From contig JBHGNT010000015.1 in the NCBI GenBank assembly GCA_043228905.1, forward strand, positions 17,484,001 through 17,548,000: a stretch of DNA of 64,000 nt, in the 5' to 3' direction. The position numbers were made by a program, and so were the translations under genes. Under the pieces are notes generated by a model. It saw only the letters and a list, made by a program, of their open reading frames with translations, had not been told where the DNA came from and did not search any database. Shown here piece after piece: positions 39,701 through 52,376 of this stretch; the stretch's first letter is position 1, and every line of letters starts with the position of its first letter. Origin of the DNA: Azolla caroliniana (lineage: Eukaryota > Plantae > Polypodiophyta).

Positions 39701-41500
39701 AACGGCCATTTCCCGTTCCAACGCTTCTTGCGCTTGCCGTAACTCCTGGATTGCGTCTTTATCCGGTTCTGCTTCAGCCTCTTCCGGCTGTGGTAAGTAT
39801 GGTGCTACTGCTTCGACAATGTCAATTTCGAAGAGGGGTATGATCTTCGGGTTTTCCTGCAAGTACTGAGCTTCTTCTTCGGCAGCTAACCCTTCTAGCA
39901 TGTTGACGCACTCTACATACAACGATGTACATTCCTTGCCAGTGCTCATCCTTGGCTGTGTTGGTACCCATACCTTGGCTTTTCCTCGCCGGAAGGTAAT
40001 TATATTTTTCCTTCAATTCTGTTTGATATGTGCCGTTTTCAACCACGGCCGCCCCAGCAATAGCGGGTATGCGCCTTGTGCCTGTAATTGTAGCACTACT
40101 GCCGAGATGTGAAATGTGTGACCGCCAACGGTGACTTCTAATTTTCGTATTAATCCTGTCGGCCGCACTGAACTTGTATCGGCCATCCGTAACCAGAACG
40201 GACATGGCTCCCACTCGTGGATTCCCAGTACATCACACGTCCGGAGGCTTATTACATTCACCCCGGAGCCTTCGTCTATAACTGTGCCGGGGAGTTCTTT
40301 CCCTTTTACAATGGCAGTGATTACCGGACTGTTGGTGTCCACCACCGTTGGTCCCTCCTCCGGATTCGAGAAGAGTACCGGTGCCGGTGATGATTCTCCT
40401 ACCGTCATGGCCGTCTTCAATCCTTCCGTGAATCTTGGCACGAGCTGTAGGAGTCTTCCTAGTGGTAGCGTAATCTGGCATTCTTGTAATGCCTGCCATG
40501 TCTCGTTCTCAGAGTGACTGCCGCCGGCAAGCCCTATGGTGTTCTCCTTTTGCCGCTGTAAGTCTGTGACATTCTGCTCGTTTGCTTTCTTCACCCATTC
40601 CGTCGCTTGCTTCCGGATGGTCTCCTGTGTCTCCCATTCCTTGGCCATGCCCTTCGACCTTGTGGTCACCTGCTGTAGATCTGCCATCTCAGGGACTACC
40701 ATATTTACTGTCGGTCGTTTTTCATAGCTCTTCACCGGGCATTGATTACTATAATGGCCTTCCTATCGGTAGCAGTAGCAGTAGGCTTTCCGGGTATTGC
40801 TGGATTCGGCATTGTCTGTTGTACCCGAGGCAGGTCCCGTGGTAAGCGCGGGGTTTTGGGCCGGTTGGCTGCTTGAAGCTCCTTGTTCCGGATCCCGTGG
40901 GTAGCCTCCTTTTTTGAAATGCCGTTTTTTGTTATAGTTCTTCTTATTGCGGTACTCTTGAGAAGGTTGCTCGTTATATCTGCCGTACTCCTCCCGTTGC
41001 TGACGATACCCGGGAGAATGCTCCCGGTCGTAATGTTCGTATTGTCTATTGTAATCCCGGTACCGATCATATCTATCATGCCGATCATAGTTATCCCGCC
41101 AATCACCGTACCAGACATCATTCTCCCGTCGATCGCCGTACCGGACATCCTGTGCCGGTCGGTCGCGGTCCATTCGCCGCCATCGTTCCTCTTCTTCATC
41201 CCGGCTGCTACGTGGCTCTATTTGTCGAACGGGCGGTGCTTGCCGGTTCAATAGATTATACTAGCACCTATCCGTCGTATGGCCCTTGGATTCACAGATT
41301 ACACATTGTGTCCTCATAGTGCATTCTAGTGCCGAGTGTCTGGAATTCAAGCAGGTTGTGCACTGTATTGCTTGCCGAAACCGGAGGTCTTCATCGGACG
41401 GTAACAGCCGTTGGAGTGCTCCCAGTGTGAGCTAGGAGCTTGTCTTTTCCATCTCTCTCACCCGGTCAATGACCTGGTCGATGGTACTTGTGCGGAAGTC
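36705..41500 (-). pseudogene. Gypsy-E gag (3' part), protease, RT/RNase H and integrase, disrupted by stops and frameshifts
   Basis: VIDEGSGVNVI, VVPKKNGKIRVCVDYRKLN, FLDGFSGYNQI, FLDDF, FVDASDIAIG, NYSTTEREALG, YYPQANGLAE, RWTGPY. Confidence 0.92.
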
Positions 41501-41509
41501 AATTACCGT

Positions 41510-42548
41510 TGTCGTGAAGATCCGTCACTACGCGTGGATCGTGAGGCGGAACCGTCGGGGTTCTGGACCAGAAGGATTTAGAGTCGATACAAGCTTTCGC
41601 GAGAAAGTACTTAAGATAGATTGGGAAAGAGAGAAGTTGAGATTAAACGATTGAGAAAGATTGATTGAAGTTTTATCTTTGGATTTAAGAAACAAGTTAC
41701 ACCATCAATTTGATAACGAATTTCTTCCTCTTAATTTTCATAAAAAAAAACCGTGTCTTTTCTCCTCCCCCTTCCCTCTTTTATAGATCCTCTCATGCAT
41801 ATGATGCATGTGAGGGTACAAGACATGCATAAATTGCATGTTTGCCATTTGGCGCTTATGTATTACATGTGGTGCATGATAACCATGTCACTCATTTTAG
41901 CTCTCATGTATGAGAATTTACATGTAAAAGTACAATGATAGAAATATAATTTCAACTAAATAGCATGGCTTAATGGTAAGTTAATTGACGCTTAACTTGG
42001 AGGTGTAAGGTTCGAATCCTTACTTGCCCTCCTTGTATATGTATATATATTTATATATTTATTTATCTAGTCGCCGGACGCCGGTTCGCCGGATACCATC
42101 GGTTACCGGTGCCGCCGTCGGTTACCAGTGCCTCGCCAGATCACCGGCTCAATCGCCGGTCCGGTTTTGGTTGGCCAAAACCCTTTACGAGTAGGTAGCC
42201 CACCTCCACTCTTAGTTCAAGTTACCTTGAACTCTCTATGCTCCACACATAGACACAAAGATAATATCTTTTGCTCCACCTTATATATGATGAGAGCTGT
42301 ATTTGTCGTGCCTATGTGGGATATCTCACAATTTTCTCTTTTCCTTTCACAAACTTTATACCCTCATATCTTGACATTTAGTTGTCCGTTTCTCGTGTAA
42401 TAAAGTGCATTCGAAACCTCCATCATTTTGTACTTAGATATTAAATCTATTTAAAATGTTATCTTTACAATTATTGTACTATGTGATTTATACTCGATTT
42501 CGTATGTTTTATGGGATTTTCACACTATTGCCGAAAATCTTCACGACA
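41510..42548 (-). mobile_element. Solo LTR F (Gypsy-G-related group), replacing the Gypsy-E PBS, gag start and part of its 5' LTR
   Basis: Ends TGTCGTGAAGAT...ATCTTCACGACA (12-bp inverted repeat); start region resembles the G LTR; flanks ccgt/acgc do not match each other. Confidence 0.75.
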
Positions 42549-44853
42549 ACGCGTAAGATATAACAATGAATGCAGAACGACAATTAACACAGAAAGATAA
42601 CAACACTAAGCTTTATTAATTAACCACTACCCATTACATTGTATCCGGGCCTTTAAATAGGTTTCCGGTCTGTAGTACAAAACGGTGCCATCCGCACCTG
42701 TTCGGGATCGGTCCGGATCCGGAACGGCATACCGATTCCGGTCCGTCTGTCCACACTCATAGCTTACAACCATTCCTACTAATTAAACAACTCCCCGTTT
42801 CACACTCTGGACTCCTTTGCCGGCCGGTAACAGAGAACGGGAAGGAGCACCTGGTATGTCGGTTGAAGAAGAGCTTGTACGGACTGAAGTAGGCTCCCCA
42901 ACAATGGTACCGGAAGTTCGACTCCTTCATGACTGATCAAGCGTACCACAAGACGCAGGCCGATCACTGTGTGTTTGTGAAGAAGTTCGAAGGAGGCGAC
43001 TTCCTGATACTCCTTTTGTACGTGGATGACATGTTGAATGTCGGACGAAACCAAGCCAAAATACGGATGCTGAAGAAGGCTCTCAACCGAACTTTCGCAA
43101 TGAAAGACTTGGGTCTGGCAAGACAGATGCTGGGGATGCATATCATCCGGAACCGGCCAACGAAGCAATTGTGGCTGTCACAGGAGAAATACGTGACAAA
43201 GGTGCTTCAGCGGTTCAACATGTTAGAAGCGAAACCGGTCGGATCGACACTTCCGGCAAACTACAGATTATCTGGTAAGCAAAGTCCGAAGACGAAAGCA
43301 GAGAAGGCTGATATGATGAAGGTTCCATATGCCTCTGCCGTTGGGAGCTTAATGTACGCAATGGTGTGTACCCGACCGGATATAGGATATGCAGTCGGAG
43401 TGGTGAGCCGGTTTATGAGCAATCCTGGCAAGGAGATCTGGAACGTGGTCAAATGGATACTTCGGTACTTGAAGGGCACTTCGAACATGTGTCTCCGATT
43501 CGGCTCCGGTAAAGCTCAACTTGACGGTTTTACCGATTCGGACATGTCGGCTAATGTGGATACCAACCGATCTACATCCGGGTATGTAATGACATATGCA
43601 GGGGGAGCTGTTTCGTGGTAGTCGAGGCTGCAGAAGACAATTGCATTGTCAACCACGGAAGCGGAGTACATGGCGGCTGTGGAAGCCGGCAAGGAAATAC
43701 TATGGATGAAGGACTTCATCGGAGAGCTCGGTATTGGGCAAGATGAATACCGACTCTATTGCGACAGTCAAAGTCCCATCCACCTTGCTAAGAACGCAGC
43801 GTACCACTCCAGGACAAAGCACATCCAGCGTCGGTATCACAGGATCCGGGAGTGAGTAGAAGATCGAGAGTTCGCGTTGACGAAGATTCACACGGCCGAG
43901 AACGGGTTAGATATGCTGACCAAAGTACTGATACCTGACAAGCTGGATGCATGTCGGAAGCAGATCGGACTAGTACGACATCCCATGCCGGAGTGAAGGG
44001 GGAGTTTGTTAGGAAACAGGTCCCTCCGGATGGGAAGTGAGAAGAACAGTGCTGATGAGAAACTCGGCCGAGACCGAATCCGGATGAAGAGTACCCGGCT
44101 ACGGAAGACCCGGTGAGAACCGGAAGAGGAGTACCCGGCTATGGAAGACCCGGTGAGAACCGGAAGAGGAGTACCCGACTACGGAAGACCCGGTGAGAAC
44201 CGGATGAGGAGTACTCGACAAGAGCCAGATGGTGAAGGCCCAGTGAGAAGTGCTCACCGGATGAAGGAACATATTCATAAATATGAAGGGACTGCCGTGG
44301 TTTTTCTCGTGTTTGGGTTTTCCACGTAAACATCCAGTGTGCTCTCCTCTCCATTGTGTCGTGTATTCATTCCCCGTTTTTCTGTGTTTTGATTCTAAGC
44401 TCGGTTATGGCCGAACGTTGTTCATCCGAAGCGTGTAGTTCCTGTCAAAACTTTTGGGCCGTGGTACTTGCGATGAAAATCTTCTTCCAATTTTCCTAGG
44501 CCTCCTTTAACATCTTTGCATCCTGAATGTAGCCTAGCATCTGATCGTGCACACAAGATGCAAGGCAGTATAAGACTCTACTTGTTGCTTGCTCCCACAC
44601 CGGAAAATCCTTGTGTGCCGAATTTGGTGCTACTTTGTTTACTCCTTCGGCATAGCTCTAGTAAATGTGCCCAAGCAGGTACTGGTGCCTCTTATAGGAC
44701 CAAGATGCGTAGTTGCTTTGGTTGAGCTTTTCAGTTGGAAGTGAGCTTGCCATGATTCTTTCCATTTTCTTCTTCTTGTCTATTCTTAACTAGGTCTTAG
44801 GGTTTGTCTGTGTTGAACGCTTGTTGGCAGCAGAGGATTCTCAACCCTCGTGC

Positions 44854-47800
44854 TGTCGGGATAGTTGTGGTTCGTGTGGCAAAGTTGCAGGGACTAAGGT
44901 TAAGGGGAGTTGAAGGAACTTTTATAAGGCTCGCGCACAAATGTTTGGAAGATTAAGGATAAGAAGAATAAGAAGAATAAGATTTTAAAGTAATGTGTGT
45001 GAGAGAGAGACGGGTATAGATAAAGGATAGAGACAATGTATGATTCAAGAAGCAAGATAGAGACAAAGTATGATTTAAGAAAAAAAAGTATATGATATGA
45101 ACATGATGTATATTACAAATACAAGATTTGTAGAAACAAATAGCGTGCGGAAGCAATAGAAAACAGAAAGCAGAAAACAAGTTTAATGGAGAGTTTAACA
45201 CTACGTGGGAGAGACAGAGATAGAGCACACTGAAACTCAATTCAAAAAATACTACTCAGTTTGTACATCGTATGTGTTCAGTGAACACTTTTATACAGGC
45301 CCATCCGGACTGACAGAAGTACGGTGTACTTCAATGCTCACACGAGCGTTTGACACTAACTACGAGATATTAACTCCCTAGTAGACTTGCTGCTACTTGG
45401 CTTCTGGTTACTACTTGATCCAGCAAACCGGCTCACCCTTCTGGATGCCAATCCGGCTCAGGCTTATTCAGCCGATCCGGATCCGGTTGAGCTTGCCGCT
45501 CAACACTCCCCCTCAAGCTCAATTTGAGGTCGGATCATAGTGTCAGTCTCTATGGCAGCCGGTGCTTCCACATGGCTCCTTTTGGCGTCACTTCGCCTCA
45601 CTCGCGCTCCTCGTCCGGTCCGGTCCCGTTTGCCGCGACCCTTCTGTTCCTACGCACCTCGACTTCCTTGGTCGGCTTGTCTGCTCAACGGCCCAATTCA
45701 GCTCCCTCGCTGTTGTGACTTTGGCTTTTGCCGATTCGCCGATCCCTTCGTGTTGGCATCGACTTTTGCTGCCTTCTTGTCCTCTTGGCCTTGAATTGAT
45801 TCGGTTCTTCTGAATCCTTTTGTAGAACTGAATCGGTTGTCTCCGATTCGTTCTAGCTCTTGTCCAAATCAGTTGCTCCCGATTCGTCTTCTGGTTCCAG
45901 GACCTTCACCACATCGGACCATGTCCGGGTCTTGGTCTTCTTCTTCCGGTCGGCTCTGTCCTTCTTGACTCTGCCTCCGCTCCCGCTTGTTCCGACTTGT
46001 TCGGATGTGTCAACTTCCTTTGTCGACTCGACTCCTTTCTTCTTCCTGTCTCTCCCCTTGCCGGTTCTTCCCCCACCGACGCAATCAGCAGTCTCTTTGC
46101 CTTTGCCCGTTCCGGTGGTGTCTTTGCCCATTCTCCCCCTCAAGTGTGGCACGTCGAGATGCTGAACACCAAGCATTTCGGTGAAGTGCTACAACATGTC
46201 CGAGCCGAGCGGTTTGGTGAAGATGTTGGCAACTTGCCGATTCGTATGAACATATTGAAGTTCGACTTCACCGCTCAGGACATGCTCACGCATGAAGTGG
46301 TAGTGCACTTCGATGTGCTTTGTGCGAGCATGGAATACGGGGTTCTTGACGAGCTGCATGCTGCTTATGTTGTCGCAGTAGATCAGGATTGGGGTCGGCA
46401 CCTCGATCCGCAGGTCTTGTAGCAGTCGCTGAAGCCAAATGGTTTTACAGGTGGCAATGGTAGCGCCCCGGTATTCAGCCTCAGTGCTCGACAGAGCCAC
46501 TGTTGGCTGCTTTTTGCTGCTCCACGCAACAACCGCGCTACCAAGGGAAAACATATAGCCAGAAGTGGAACGACAATCTGATGCATCGCTGGCCCAGTCG
46601 GCATCCGCGTAGCTGACTAGCTCTTTGGTCATACCTCGCCGGTATAACAATCCCTAGTCCTTCGTGCCACTCACATACCATAGTATTTGGTGCGCGCACT
46701 GAAGATGCTCGACGGTCGGCTTCTGCATGAATTGACTAATCACACTGATCGGATAACTGATGTCGGGTCGGGTGATGGTCAAATATATAAGGCTTCTGAC
46801 AATTTGTCAGAACCGTTTCTCATCGCAGGTTGGTCCGGAGTTGGGATAGAGCTTCTGTTTCCGGTCCAAGGGTGTAGAAATAGGGCGGCATTCCGTCATG
46901 CCGAACTTGTACAACATATTCAACACATAGTGTCTTTGTGAGAGCAATATGCCGTCGGGGGTTCGGATCACCTCGATCCCAAGGAAATAGTGAAGGACCC
47001 CCAGGTCCTTCATCTCAAATGCGTCCGACAGCTGGGACTTGACTCGACTGATTTCATCGAGTCCGGGTCCGGTGATGACTAGATCATCAACATACAGCAA
47101 GATGCAAAGCGAACCGTCCGTACCTTGCCGGATGAACAACGAAGAGTCGGACTTGGAGGCCGCAAACCCCAACTTACGCAACCGGTGCGTAATCTTTGCA
47201 TTCCAAGATCGGGGGGCTTGCTTCAGGCCATAAAGTGACTTCTTCAACCGGCATACAACCGACTTGTTCATCTCCGACTGAAAACTGGGAGGTTGGGTCA
47301 TAAAGACCTCTTCTTCTAGATCTCCTTGAAGAAATGCATTCTTCACGTCCATCTGGTGAAGATGCCACTCCCTTGCCGCAGCAACCGCCAGCACCACATG
47401 AACCGTCATCATCTTTGCTACATGAGCGAAGGTCTCGTCGTAGTCGATTCCGTGGGTCTGCACGTATCCCTTTGCCATTAACCGGGCCTTGTACCAGTTA
47501 ACTGAACCGTCGGCGTTGTACTTTACCTTGTACACCCAGTTGCATCTAATCGGTTGACTATGATGGGGAGGGTCAACCAGGTCCCATGTATCGTTGGTAT
47601 CAAGTGCCCACATCTCTTCCTCCATAGCGGCACGCCAATTTGCATCCCTTGCTGCTTCTGCGTAGCTCTCCGGCTCACACACTTCCGCCACCTGGGTCAT
47701 GTACGCATAGTGATGCGCCATGTACTCATTGTACCCGTACCGTTTAACAGGTTCCTTCCGGTGGGTTGACCAGCGTAACCCATCGTTACTCGGTTTGAGG

Positions 47801-50800
47801 CCCTTCTTGGCCGGTTCGGTCTTCAGTGCCGAAGAGCCATCATTTTCCTTTCCGAAGTCGGATCCGCTTTGATCCGACTCATCATTACTGGTTTCATAAT
47901 CGGGCATCTTCTTCTTCCCCTTCTCTTAGCGCGTGAACCGTCTCCTCGGTTCCTTGCGCGGGGAGAGCACGACAGAGTCTACACTACTCGCCGGTTCCTC
48001 TTTTGACTGGTCGGATTGACTCAGTCTCTCGTTCGGCCCACTCAACCGAAACGATTCTGGACTCTCTTCTTGAGTCCCGGATTCATCATCTTCTATCTGG
48101 ACCGGTTCAGGCTCACTAGACTCATCCTTCGATATCGGGTCGGGGTCGAAAGTCGGAGCCTGTAAGGCATACCATGATGCCGTCTCATCAAACTCAACAT
48201 CGCGGCTAACTCGGACCTGCTTCGTCCGGGGGTTATAACACTTATACCCCTTTTGCTCATGTGAGTAGCCGACGAGGTTCTCCGATTTTGCATCCAGCTT
48301 CCTCCGCTTCTCATCCGGCACATGCACATATGCTATGTTGCCGAAAATCCGAAGGTGTCTCAAATTCGGCTTGCGCCCGAAATACAGCTCATGCACGAAC
48401 AACTTGTCACTGATCCGGTTTTGGATGTAGAAGGCTGTCTGGACCGCCTCCGCCCAGTAGAAATGGGGCATTCTCTTCTCTTCCAGCATTGCCCTTGCCG
48501 CATCGACAAGCGACCGGTTCTTCCTTTCAGCCACACCGTTTTGCTCCGGTGTGTATCTGCGGCTGAACTCTCTCCGAATTCCTGTTTGTTGCAGATAACT
48601 GTTGAAGTGGCCGGAAAAATATTCTTTTCCGCCATCTGACCGCAGGCACTTGATCTTCCTCTCCAATTCCCGTTCCACCATGCTTTGGAGGTTCCGGAAA
48701 CAGTCGAAGACTTCGCTCTTCCGCTCAATGAGGTAGATCCATGTGTGCCGACTATAGTCGTCGATGAAGGAGACGAAGTATCGACTCCTGCCAAGACTCA
48801 CGTTTTGTGCCAGTCCCCATACATCTGAATGAATAAGGTCGAGCTTGTTACAACTACGGTTTCGTTCGGTGGGGAATGGAAGCCGGTGTTGCTTCTCGAG
48901 TTAGCAGGCTTCACATACTTGGGCCTTCCGGCCACTGAACTTCGGCAAACCGAAAACAACTTGTTTCGTTTGCAGGTCTTGAAGCCTCCGATAATTGACA
49001 TGGCCGATCCGCTTGTGCCAGAGATCGATGTCTGATTGAATCTTCTGTCCTTTGGCAAACAAAGCAATGCTGACGTCATTGGTGTCGAGGATGAACATCC
49101 TCCCGTCTCTACGCCCTTGCGCAATAATTTGGCCCTCCTCCTTGATGAAGCACCCGAGGTGCGTCAACCGCACCTGCATTCCCTGGTCGATGATCTGTTT
49201 GACCGACACCAGGTTCTTCATGATAGTCGGAATGTGTAATACGTTCATCAACTTCCCCCTCTGTCCGACGTGGCTCAAAGGGACTTCACCGATATGCATG
49301 ATTGGGTGAGGAGTGTCGTCTCTGGTTTCGACAACTCCCGGTTGATCCGGTTTCTCCAGGAAGGAGAATCACTCTTTGTGGTTCGTCATGTGATTTGATG
49401 CACCGGAATCAACGTACCACACTTCCTCCGATTTGGAAGTGGTTTTCTTCATCGAATTTGCCTCGTGCTTCATCACCAAGGTTGGCCCCTTACCGGTCTT
49501 CCCGGTTCCGGATCCTTTCGATCCTTGTGCGTAGTGCGAGCTATGCCAATTCTCTCGACCGGTTTTGCCGGATCCAGATCTGTCCGAATCGGCACGCTTC
49601 TTCCAACACTCGCTTTCTCTGTGGCCCTTTTTGCCACAGTACCAACATTCCGTGGCGGATTTGTCTTGACGGGCTCCGGCGCCACCTTGACTCCCCCTGG
49701 TTGTGGAGGTCCCGGAACTGTTGTCGGCACAGTCTCTGTGCCGTTGGTCTTGCCCTTGCCGACCGCCTCCATTGTGTGCCGACCCGCCTCATCCACCACG
49801 TCCACGGGGCCGATCCTCCTCCATGTACAACATCTGGCTGTCGGTGGGTGCATTTGTTGACGCACCGACGTGGTTCTCCTCTACAAGGAGCATCGACTGT
49901 AAGTCGAAAAATGACGGTGTATTCTCCCTCGTACATATTGTTGTCCGAAAAGCTCGGAACTTAGATGCCAGGCCCCCAAGACAGACCTGTACCATCTCGT
50001 CTTCCTCTACTATGACGTTGATAGAGGCAAGCGAGTGTAATCAGCCATCGACATGTCCTTCTGCTGGACATTGCTCAACTCCTGTCGGAGTTGCAGCTTC
50101 CGGGCTATAGTGCTTGCGGCGAACACCTTCTTCAAGTTTCCCCAAGCCTCTTTCGGCGTCTTGGCATCTCAGACGTGGCTCAACAGTTGGTCTTCGACAT
50201 TGGACGCAAAGCAGTACATCACTTTGCTTGCCGATTGTTCCCACATCGGGAAGTCCTTGTGTGCCGCATCAGGTGCTGTGTCGTTAGCTCCATCGACATA
50301 GCTCCAGTATGACCAAGCTGCGTAGTTGGATCTGTCGAGCTTCTCCACCGGGAGCGAGTTAGCCATTCCTCTATCCATTTGGTTTTTTTTTGTTCTTTAC
50401 AAAGGTTAGATTTTCTTCTTGCAAAAGCGAATGTCGGTTGCAGAGGTTCTCAACCCTCATGCTCTGATACCATGTAGAAACAAATAGCGTGCGGAAGCAA
50501 TAGAAAACAGAAATCTGAAAACAGGTTTAATGGAGAGCTTAACAACACACGGGAGAGACAGAGACATAGACAGAGCACACAGAAACTCAATTCAAAAAAT
50601 ACTACTTAGTCTGTACATCGTATGTGTTCAGTGAGCACTTTTATATAGGTCCATCCAGACTGACAGAAGTACGGTGTACTTTAATGCTCACACGTGCGTT
50701 TGACACTAACTACGAGATATTAACTCCCTAGTAGACTAGTTGCTACTTGGCTTCCAGTTACTGCTTGATCCAACTAACCGGCTCAGGCTTATTCAGCCGA

Positions 50801-51500
50801 TCCGGATCCTCTGGTTGAGCTTGCCACTCAACAAGATTTTACCAACTTTACAATGCTTGATAGCAAGATGAACCCTTTCTCTACCGACTCTTGATTCGAA
50901 CCCTTGACTCCAACTTGGAAACACGAGCCTCTTCACCAACAAGCTAACTTATTATTTGTTTCTTTGATTATCTTATTTCTCTAACTTTCTCTTCATTGAT
51001 TGATTACCCTCTTGTTTTCCTTGCCCCTCTTTATGTAAGTATTGTCATGCATATTGTAATGTGTGGGAGGATGGCATGCATGCAACGCATGACTTTCATG
51101 TGATGCATGATCGCCATTTGGCGTACATGCATTACATGTGATGCAAGATAGCCATCATGCTCATTTGAGCTCTCATGTATGAAAATAGATATAGGATAAA
51201 TACAATGATGGAAATATATTTTTTAAAATAAATAACCTAACTTAGTGGTGTATACCTTGTGCTTGGTATACAAGGTTGAGGGTTCAAGTCTCTTAAATTT
51301 TTTTACTCCATACAACATTTAGCTTCATTCTTATATCATGAAGCATATTTATCTTTATAATACCTTTAAAAATAAATAGCTTAGCTTAGGGGTATGGATA
51401 TTGTACTTCATATATAAGGGTGTGGGTTCAAGTCTCTCAAATACTACTAAATATAATATGTAAGTTCATTTTTATATCGTGAAGCACATTCTTCAAGACA
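44854..51500 (-). mobile_element. Solo LTR D (44854-45128 plus 50839-51500), related to F, inserted in the PBS of Copia-B copy 2
   Basis: Ends TGTCGG...TTCTTCAAGACA; flanks gtgc/gcgc; shares the CATG-rich block with F. Confidence 0.75.
45129..50833 (-). mobile_element. Complete-boundary Copia-B copy 3: 5' LTR 50473-50833, iMet PBS 50461-50472, 3' LTR 45129-45505
   Basis: AGATT TSD on both sides. FIDDYSR, TPEQNGVAER, QMDVKNAFLQG, LLYVDDL, YADADWA, SSTEAEY; contains frameshifts and stops. Confidence 0.93.
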
Positions 51501-51679
51501 GCGCTCTGATACAATGTGAAGATTAGCGCTCAAAAGCTAAAACAAACACAATCGGCTCAACCAGATAGCAACAGAAAACACAGAGAATCAATGGAGAACT
51601 CACAGAGAACACGGTATACTCGGGAGAGAGACAAAGAGAGAGCAGAACAAAGAAAACTCGATTTCAAAATAACACTTTG

Positions 51680-52376
51680 TGACAGGAATACACACTCCCG
51701 ATGAACAACGCTCGGCCACAACCGAGCCTAGAATCAAACACAGAAAACGGGTAATGAACACAGGACACAGAGAAGAGAAGAGTACACAGGATGTTAACGT
51801 GGAAAACCCAAACTAGGGAAAAACCACAACAGCCCACAAACTGCAAACTATCACTATATCACAATGTACAATAGTAAATCACCGAGGCAACGACCTCGAG
51901 CTTGCTATCTTTGCCACAGGCAGCGGTTACAACAGAGGCAACGACCTCTTCCTCTCTCTCTCTCTCTCTCTCTTTGTACACAGTTTGCACCAACAAGAAT
52001 GACAACTACTATATCACTAAGTTTGCCCTAAGTCATATTTATATTAATATGACTTTTCGGCTATTTACAAATATAGCCTCGATGGACTCTCAGAAAACAT
52101 ATTTATGAATATGTCCCTTCATCCAGTGAGCACTTCTCACTGGGCCTTCACCATCTGGCTCTTGCTGGGTACTTGTCATCCGGTTCTCACCGGGTCTTCC
52201 GTAGCTGGGTACTCCACATCTGGTTCTCACCGGGTCTTCCGTAGCCGAGTACTCCACATCCGGTTCTCACTGGGTCTTCCGTTGCCGGGTACTCTACATC
52301 GGGATTCGGCCTCGGCCGAGTTGCTCATTAACACTGTTCTTCTCACTTCCCATCCGGAGGGACCTGTTTCCGAACA
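51680..52376 (-). mobile_element. Copia-A solo LTR inside the Copia-B copy 2 LTR
   Basis: Perfect CTTTG TSD; three 40-bp repeat units. Confidence 0.9.

Larger units (their letters stand above)
26373..42832 (-). mobile_element. Gypsy-E (non-chromovirus, Athila/Tat-like layout): 3' LTR 26373-26805, partial 5' LTR 42549-42832
   Basis: GAGAA TSD on both sides, inside the Copia-A RT. Domain order gag-PR-RT-RH-IN, then an extra ORF. Confidence 0.92.
22900..44447 (+). mobile_element. Complete-boundary Copia-A (Tnt1/Tork-like): LTR 22900-23476, PBS 23480-23491, gag-pol 23509-26372 plus 42838-43996, PPT 43995-44004, LTR 44007-44447
   Basis: WVVDSGVSFH, LWHKRLCHMSEKG, FIDDHS, DVKTTFLHG, LLYVDDML, FTDSDM, STTEAEY. 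TSD caact/aaact; several nonsense codons. Confidence 0.92.

Noticed and set aside
41955-42030. Functional tRNA gene
   Set aside because: Acceptor and anticodon stems do not pair; kept only as a tRNA-like promoter cassette.
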